Shown here in pieces: positions 59,522 to 64,000 of a DNA stretch of 64,000 nt (the stretch's first letter is position 1; the number at the start of each line of letters is the position of its first letter). The notes beneath the pieces were generated by a model, which did no database searches, was not told the origin of the DNA, and saw nothing but the letters and a program-made list of their open reading frames with translations. Made by a program: the position numbers and the translations under genes. Origin of the DNA: a virus; IMG/VR virus record IMGVR_UViG_3300010885_023630, positions 62,981 through 126,980 of that record; one strand, 5' to 3'.

Positions 59522-60496
59522 ATGACAACACCAAGAAAAGTACGCTGGCTAATCGCACATGAGCCACAAGAGCTATTTGTACGTACAGCTCGAGCTTTTT
59601 CACAAGAATTAGAAAAGCGTATTCCAGGACAGATCGCAATTGAAATTGTAACAGTTCCAGAGTACATTAAAGAACACGAAGGTTCTAAGAACCTACAAAC
59701 AATTCTAGACGAAAATCTAGACAAGCAAGGTGTAGCAGTTGAAGCCCTTTTTGATGCGTTACGTGACGATATCCAAATGAGCCAAACACAGGTTAGCGTA
59801 GTTGGTTACAAAGACCGTGCTTTCCACGCATTGGATTTACCATTCTTATTTGACAATCATGAACACGTTAGCCGTGTACTAGAAGGTCCAATTGGTGAAG
59901 AAATTTGTGCCAACTTAGAAAAAGTTAGCGATGTTAAAGGCCTAGCATTTACATACTCGGGCGGTTATCGTGTGGTTGGTTCTAACCACAAGATTGAAGA
60001 CCTAGCCGACTTGGCTAGCCAAAAGGTTATTGTTAGCAACCGTGGTCCACGTGCCGATACATTTGAATCAGTTGGTGTAGAGCCTGTTGTTGTTAGCCCA
60101 CATTTGTGGGGCGGATACGACACAGTTCCAGAAGGTGGTGCCGCTAATGCTATTGAAACTACATACTTACGTTTTAAAGGTACACACATCCTTAAAACTA
60201 ATCACAGTATTTTCATGACAACCATCTTGACCAACAAGGCATTTTGGGAAAGTCTAACAGCAGAACAGCAGACAGCATTTGAAGAAAGTGCTAAAATTAC
60301 AGCACGTATTGAACGTCAGTGGGCCATTGCCGATGCTGAGAAGTTCGAACAAGACGCATTAGCAAATGGCATTGAGATCACTGAACTATCAGAAGAAGAT
60401 ACAAAGACAATGAAGCACAAGTCACGTTACACTTACTTGAAGTTTGATGCGGAAAATAATCGTAGTGATTTGATCAAAAGAATCCGTTTAAGCTAA
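59522..60496 (+). CDS. dctP: TRAP transporter solute-binding protein DctP-like, lacking a signal peptide
   Basis: 'ALDLPFLF...HV.RVLEGPIG', 'GGYR', 'FWESLTAEQQ..F'; no hydrophobic N-terminus. Confidence 0.8.
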   Translation: MTTPRKVRWLIAHEPQELFVRTARAFSQELEKRIPGQIAIEIVTVPEYIKEHEGSKNLQTILDENLDKQGVAVEALFDALRDDIQMSQTQVSVVGYKDRAFHALDLPFLFDNHEHVSRVLEGPIGEEICANLEKVSDVKGLAFTYSGGYRVVGSNHKIEDLADLASQKVIVSNRGPRADTFESVGVEPVVVSPHLWGGYDTVPEGGAANAIETTYLRFKGTHILKTNHSIFMTTILTNKAFWESLTAEQQTAFEESAKITARIERQWAIADAEKFEQDALANGIEITELSEEDTKTMKHKSRYTYLKFDAENNRSDLIKRIRLS

Positions 60497-60502
60497 TAGA
60501 GG

Positions 60503-60531
60503 TTGACAACAAAAGGTAAATAAACTACAAT
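60503..60531 (+). promoter_or_regulatory. sigma70 promoter (with embedded TAAATA late motif) heading the leader/ncRNA/tRNA region
   Basis: TTGACA(60503-08)-17 nt-TACAAT(60526-31); TAAATA at 60517-22. Confidence 0.85.
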
Positions 60532-60541
60532 AGATACTATT

Positions 60542-60673
60542 ATGAAACTAAGAACTTGTAAACATTCCATAAGTAACCAGCCACAATTAGGCGTGTCAGC
60601 CTATTGGCCTACTTTTGCGATGTCAACAATTATTAGTGATAATCGTGAACCACTAGTCGGGGGTCTCAGTTAA
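60542..60673 (+). CDS. putative attenuator leader peptide MKLRTCKHSISNQPQLGVSAYWPTFAMSTIISDNREPLVGGLS (43 aa)
   Basis: Translated by hand. All 20 amino acids occur by codon 36, with 34 distinct codons. The stop lies inside the antiterminator 5' arm. Confidence 0.65.
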   Translation: MKLRTCKHSISNQPQLGVSAYWPTFAMSTIISDNREPLVGGLS

Positions 60674-60710
60674 CGTATAGTACCTAACAGTATTTTAACT
60701 AAGACCTCGG
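60657..60710 (+). promoter_or_regulatory. putative antiterminator hairpin
   Basis: GGGGTCTCAGTTAA (to 60673) pairs with TTAACTAAGACCTC (from 60695) at 13 of 14 positions; the 3' arm is the terminator's 5' arm. Confidence 0.7.
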
Positions 60711-60738
60711 AACTAAACACTCCGAGGTTTTTGTTTTT
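60701..60738 (+). terminator. intrinsic terminator (conditional, attenuator)
   Basis: AAGACCTCGGA-9 nt-TCCGAGGTTTT followed by TGTTTTT. Confidence 0.85.
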
Positions 60739-60752
60739 ATAAGGAAAAGAAA

Positions 60753-60905
60753 ATGTTGAAAACTGATAAACCAAAAGTTTTGCCTAGTCAGTATACAATA
60801 ACGCAGGCACAAAAACTTGCGTTGATAGAAGGCAAACTACAACGAGCCGAAGCTCACGTTAAGGCATTAACAGAAATTGTTGAAAAGCTGGAACGTAAGA
60901 AGTAA
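60753..60905 (+). CDS. 50-aa basic, helical protein MLKTDKPKVLPSQYTITQAQKLALIEGKLQRAEAHVKALTEIVEKLERKK
   Basis: AAGGA Shine-Dalgarno; first gene after the attenuator terminator; below the ORF-track length cutoff. Confidence 0.7.
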   Translation: MLKTDKPKVLPSQYTITQAQKLALIEGKLQRAEAHVKALTEIVEKLERKK

Positions 60906-61053
60906 GCTCAAAGTGTGTAAGGGAAACGAGGTCCCAGTCTGCACTTAAAACATGGACAAACGGGCGGACAGTATGATGAAAGCGTTGGCGATAACACGTG
61001 AGTAAAACTACTGGTCAGGGTATTAACCCTGTCTATGGCTTGGCAACAGGCCA
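60906..61053 (+). ncRNA. putative structured non-coding RNA
   Basis: No convincing ORF. Stems AAGTGTG/TGCACTT, CAGTA/TACTG, CAGGG/CCCTG and TATGGC/GCCATA. Confidence 0.4.
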
Positions 61054-61148
61054 TATCTTAAAGCGTATTAGACGAGAGCGTCCAAAGGTCCTGAACACCT
61101 TGTGGGGCAGGGCACGGAATCACCGTGACACTAGTATGCTTTAAGATA
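61054..61148 (+). ncRNA. long-stem-closed multibranch (cloverleaf-like) RNA A
   Basis: 18-bp closing stem TATCTTAAAGCGTATTAG/CTAGTATGCTTTAAGATA enclosing three hairpins. Confidence 0.55.
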
Positions 61149-61250
61149 CACTTTAGAAGAACATGCCTAAGCACCACATTGATAAAGTGGATTGCCAGAG
61201 CAGCCGGATATAAACGGAAAGTAGGTTGACAATCCTACCACTAAAGTGTA
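61147..61250 (+). ncRNA. long-stem-closed multibranch RNA B
   Basis: Perfect 10-bp TACACTTTAG/CTAAAGTGTA stem; inner hairpins include T-arm-like GTAGG-ttgacaat-CCTAC. Confidence 0.45.
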
Positions 61251-61254
61251 AAAT
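61226..61254 (+). promoter_or_regulatory. possible internal sigma70 promoter just upstream of tRNA-Tyr
   Basis: TTGACA-17 nt-TAAAAT, embedded in RNA B. Confidence 0.55.
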
Positions 61255-61263
61255 TGTTTTATT

Positions 61264-61350
61264 GGAGATGTAGGAAAATTGGTAACCCCAGTGGACTGTA
61301 AATCCGCCGCCCGCAAGGCACTACTGGTTCAACTCCAGTCGTCTCCACCA
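61264..61350 (+). tRNA. tRNA-Tyr (GTA)
   Basis: Cloverleaf, long variable arm, CCA. Confidence 0.95.
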
Positions 61351-61359
61351 ATTTAATTT

Positions 61360-61436
61360 CGGAGTGTAGCACAGCCTGGTAGTGCGCCTGGTTTGGGACC
61401 AGGAGGTCCAAGGTTCGAATCCTTGTACTCCGACCA
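61360..61436 (+). tRNA. tRNA-Pro (TGG)
   Basis: Cloverleaf, CCA. Confidence 0.95.
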
Positions 61437-61444
61437 TGTTTTAT

Positions 61445-61520
61445 TGGCCTATAGCTCAGTTGGTAGAGCACTTGACTGTTAATCAAGGTGTCCCTGGTTC
61501 GAGCCCAGGTTGGCCAGCCA
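61445..61520 (+). tRNA. tRNA-Asn (GTT)
   Basis: Cloverleaf, CCA. Confidence 0.95.
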
Positions 61521-61705
61521 AATTTAGTCCCGCAAAGGCTATGACGTTCAATCCCTAGAATGTTATCCTCAAACTTGCGAGGCGGGTGTAAGTCCCGTCA
61601 TTAAAAACTGATACACAGGATGGCGTTGTGTACAGCGGATATTCAGCCTGAGGACTGTCGTCCAATAGTTAAAAGACTATATGATATCACTTTAGGGAGT
61701 GATGC

Positions 61706-61816
61706 CATATAAAAACACATCTATGATCTGGGATATGCGAATGCGTACATAGAAACTAAGATCCCACTTGTTAGTGGGTACGGGAGTGAAAATCTCCCTA
61801 GGTGTGTTTTTATATG
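61706..61816 (+). ncRNA. long-stem-closed multibranch RNA C
   Basis: 18-bp stem CATATAAAAACACATCTA/TAGGTGTGTTTTTATATG; inner CCCAC/GTGGG and T-arm-like GGGAG-tgaaaat-CTCCC. Confidence 0.55.
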
Positions 61817-61821
61817 TCTAT

Positions 61822-61898
61822 GCCACCATAGCTCAGTTGGTTAGAGCACCGTCTTGATAAGGCGGGGGTCCATGGTTCAAATCCATGTGGCGGCACCA
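61822..61898 (+). tRNA. tRNA-Ile (GAT)
   Basis: Cloverleaf, CCA. Confidence 0.95.
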
Positions 61899-61921
61899 GT
61901 ATATTAAGATAAGTAAACAAT

Positions 61922-61997
61922 GGGGGTATAGCTCAGCTGGGAGAGCAGTAGCTTTGCAAGCTAAAGGTCGTCGGTTCGATCCCGTCTACCTCCACCA
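61922..61997 (+). tRNA. tRNA-Ala (TGC)
   Basis: Cloverleaf with G3-U70 pair, CCA. Confidence 0.95.
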
Positions 61998-62015
61998 AAC
62001 ACAAGGAGAAGCTGT

Positions 62016-62159
62016 ATGTCAAAGAATGAAGACACTTTAAACAAAGCATACGGCAACATGCCTAAGGACGTTGGTTTTATTGTTGATCTTGATTGGTTAC
62101 CTACGTGGAGAGGCTTTAAGTATTACTACTATAAGTTAATACGTAAAGCAACAAGATAA
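62016..62159 (+). CDS. 47-aa hypothetical protein within the tRNA array
   Basis: AAGGAG Shine-Dalgarno; MSKNEDTLNKAYGNMPKDVGFIVDLDWLPTWRGFKYYYYKLIRKATR. Confidence 0.7.
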   Translation: MSKNEDTLNKAYGNMPKDVGFIVDLDWLPTWRGFKYYYYKLIRKATR

Positions 62160-62165
62160 GATTTT

Positions 62166-62252
62166 GGAGGGTTGGCCGAGCGGTAAGGCAACAGATTGCT
62201 AATCTGTCATCCAGCAATGGGTGGATTGGTTCGATTCCAATACTCTCCGCCA
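62166..62252 (+). tRNA. tRNA-Ser (GCT)
   Basis: Cloverleaf, long variable arm, CCA. Confidence 0.93.
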
Positions 62253-62257
62253 TTTAT

Positions 62258-62333
<76 letters not shown>

Positions 62334-62338
62334 AGTTT

Positions 62339-62414
62339 GGGTCGTTAGCTCAGTTGGTAGAGCGTCTGCCTTACACGCAGAATGTCGGCAGTTCGAACCT
62401 GTCACGACCCACCA
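62339..62414 (+). tRNA. tRNA-Val (TAC)
   Basis: Cloverleaf, CCA. Confidence 0.95.
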
Positions 62415-62420
62415 GTTTAT

Positions 62421-62497
62421 GGCTCGGTAGTTCAGTCTGGCAGAACGTTGGTCTCCAAAACCAAATGTCGGAGGTTCAAATCCTTCCCGGGTCGCCA
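62421..62497 (+). tRNA. tRNA-Trp (CCA)
   Basis: Cloverleaf, CCA. Confidence 0.93.
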
Positions 62498-62507
62498 ATA
62501 TAACTAT

Positions 62508-62585
62508 AGTGCGGTGCCAGAGTGGTCCAATGGGTCGGATTGCAAATCCGTAAAGCCGTGAGTTCAAATCTCACCCGCACTTCCA
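62508..62585 (+). tRNA. tRNA-Cys (GCA)
   Basis: Cloverleaf, U73 discriminator, CCA. Confidence 0.9.
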
Positions 62586-62591
62586 ATCTTA

Positions 62592-62667
62592 GGTAATGTA
62601 GAACAATTGGTAGTTCACCTCCTTCATACGGAGACTGTTACTGGTTCGAGTCCAGTCATTACCACCA
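62592..62667 (+). tRNA. tRNA-Met (CAT), elongator type (Ile2 not excluded)
   Basis: Cloverleaf; paired 1-72; lacks the GGG/CCC initiator anticodon stem. Confidence 0.75.
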
Positions 62668-62669
62668 CA

Positions 62670-62746
62670 CGGCCCTTAACTCAATTGGATAGAGTGCTAG
62701 TCTTCGAAACTGGAAGTTGGGAGTTCGAATCTCTCAGGGCTGACCA
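62670..62746 (+). tRNA. tRNA-Arg (TCG)
   Basis: Cloverleaf, CCA. Confidence 0.92.
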
Positions 62747-62805
62747 TACTTGAGTAGTAGAATATTTTCACATATATAACATAATTAAATTTTAAGGAGT
62801 CGTTG

Positions 62806-63204
62806 ATGGAAGTTCATATAGATGCTAGTCCAAAACTGAGTAAGTATATAGAATCGTTGCTTCCATCCTTAATGGAACAGACTGGATTAAACAGAAGTAA
62901 AAAATTTCTATACATCAAAACAGATAAAGATATAGATGCAGCTGGGCAAACAATTCCATTACCTGGTATTGACACATACCTTATTGTGTTATGTCCTACT
63001 AGAAACTATATTGAGTTGGGTCTTACACTAACACACGAATTAGTACACGTTAGTCAAATGACCAAAGGCATATTAAAAATAACTCCCAAGGGCCGTAAGT
63101 GGAAAGGTAAATTTTATCCAAATAAGTATCCTTATCTTTACCAGCCATGGGAAGTACAAGCATTTAGTAAACAGGAAATTATTTTTCGCAGAGCAATAGA
63201 TTAA
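62806..63204 (+). CDS. HExxH zinc metallopeptidase-like protein
   Basis: 'LTHELVHVSQ' and 'Y..QPWEVQA'; AAGGAG Shine-Dalgarno. Confidence 0.75.
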   Translation: MEVHIDASPKLSKYIESLLPSLMEQTGLNRSKKFLYIKTDKDIDAAGQTIPLPGIDTYLIVLCPTRNYIELGLTLTHELVHVSQMTKGILKITPKGRKWKGKFYPNKYPYLYQPWEVQAFSKQEIIFRRAID

Positions 63205-63209
63205 ATTGT

Positions 63210-63283
63210 TGGGGGTTAGTTAAATGGTATAACCACGGATTTTGATTCCGTTATTAGAAGTTCGATCCTTCTACCCTCTGCCA
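63210..63283 (+). tRNA. tRNA-Gln (TTG)
   Basis: Cloverleaf with 1-72 mismatch, CCA. Confidence 0.9.
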
Positions 63284-63436
63284 AAATTTAGGAAGACCGT
63301 CTGGTATAAATGCAGGCGGTTTTTCTTTGGGGAAAAATACTTTAAATTCTTTTACGCAGGTATGTGTAGCACCCGGAGTATATTCTCCTTGCGCTATTTT
63401 AATAAGATCGTTAGTAGCATCTTCGGCGGTTATCAT
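63254..63436 (-). CDS. 60-aa hypothetical late protein, antisense within the tRNA array
   Basis: TATAAATA 5 nt before the ATG, the same geometry as other late genes; 3' end overlaps tRNA-Gln. Confidence 0.55.
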   Translation of the reverse strand: MITAEDATNDLIKIAQGEYTPGATHTCVKEFKVFFPKEKPPAFIPDGLPKFWQRVEGSNF

Positions 63437-63463
63437 ACAATTATTTATAGAGTTCCAAACAAA

Positions 63464-63553
63464 GGAAGTGTGGCAGAGTCCGGCTTATCGCACCAGTCTT
63501 GAAAACTGACGGCCCGAAAGGGTCCGTGGGTTCGAATCCCACCGCTTCCGCCA
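63464..63553 (+). tRNA. tRNA-Ser (TGA)
   Basis: Cloverleaf, long variable arm, CCA. Confidence 0.95.
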
Positions 63554-63625
63554 ATTTATTCATTTGTGTCAACTAAGTTAGCTCTTTAGGCGTTGTATAT
63601 ATGTTACATACAACCAGAGGCTTAT

Positions 63626-63760
63626 ATGTCACCAATGTTACTTCAAATCAAAGAGTGTCTGAGTAGAAACTTAGATGCTATTGAAATATCGCGCCGTTTA
63701 CATATTGACATTGAATATGTACGAGCCGCAATTGAAATTATAAATCAATTGTCAACTTAA
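63626..63760 (+). CDS. 44-aa helix-turn-helix-like protein
   Basis: GAGG Shine-Dalgarno; MSPMLLQIKECLSRNLDAIEISRRLHIDIEYVRAAIEIINQLST. Confidence 0.6.
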   Translation: MSPMLLQIKECLSRNLDAIEISRRLHIDIEYVRAAIEIINQLST

Positions 63761-63999
63761 TAGCTGTCAATGGTGTAAGTTTTGAAAAAATCCAAAGCTT
63801 CATGATACGAAATATTAAACGGTGTAACCGACATAATATATCTATTCTGGTTGCTGTTGTTGATAACACAATGTTTGTGCTGGGTATTAAACAGCATAGG
63901 GCTGTATAAAATATACGGACATTCAATTATATTATAGTTCAGTCTAGTAGTAGGCTCTCTAAAAAGAGTTAGACTGTTGTGAACAATATTTAATAAAAA
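63757..63999 (-). CDS. C-terminal part of a cupin/2OG-Fe(II)-oxygenase-like protein (start outside window)
   Basis: Frame is open to the window edge: '...PMLFNTQHKHCVINNSNQNRYIMSV...'; similar to the C-terminus of 57495. Confidence 0.6.
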   Translation of the reverse strand, partial: FLLNIVHNSLTLFREPTTRLNYNIIECPYILYSPMLFNTQHKHCVINNSNQNRYIMSVTPFNISYHEALDFFKTYTIDSY

Positions 64000-64000
64000 A

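Noticed and set aside
60969-61013. Hammerhead ribozyme
   Set aside because: The core is ATGATGA...TAAAAC rather than CTGATGA...GAAAC, and the three-stem junction could not be built.
63738-63926. 62-aa minus-strand ORF from the track
   Set aside because: Another minus frame (63757-63999), open to the window edge, carries oxygenase-like motifs and is more plausible.

Overview
The window comes from a large, AT-rich, T4-like (Tevenvirinae-architecture, probably jumbo) myophage. Positions 1-24.6 kb hold a block of Gly/Asn/Thr-rich virion and tail-fibre genes, including a 2362-aa fibre. Positions 24.6-46 kb hold neck, tail and packaging genes (gp15-, gp14- and gp13-like, sheath, tube, gp4, TerL) plus probable internal head proteins. 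Positions 46-57 kb hold gp32 SSB, UvsX and UvsY interleaved with sugar/surface-modification-like enzymes. Positions 57-64 kb hold 17 tRNA genes, auxiliary genes (Asp/Asn hydroxylase-like, AhpD, orphan DctP) and unexplained structured non-coding RNA. The most striking element is missing from the ORF track and lies at 60503-60738. It consists of a sigma70 promoter, a 43-codon leader ORF containing all 20 amino acids (34 distinct codons), and mutually exclusive antiterminator/terminator hairpins overlapping its stop codon. It sits at the head of the ncRNA/tRNA array and looks like a ribosome-coupled attenuator that would sense depletion of any tRNA. All product calls rest on motifs recognised by eye; no database searches were run.
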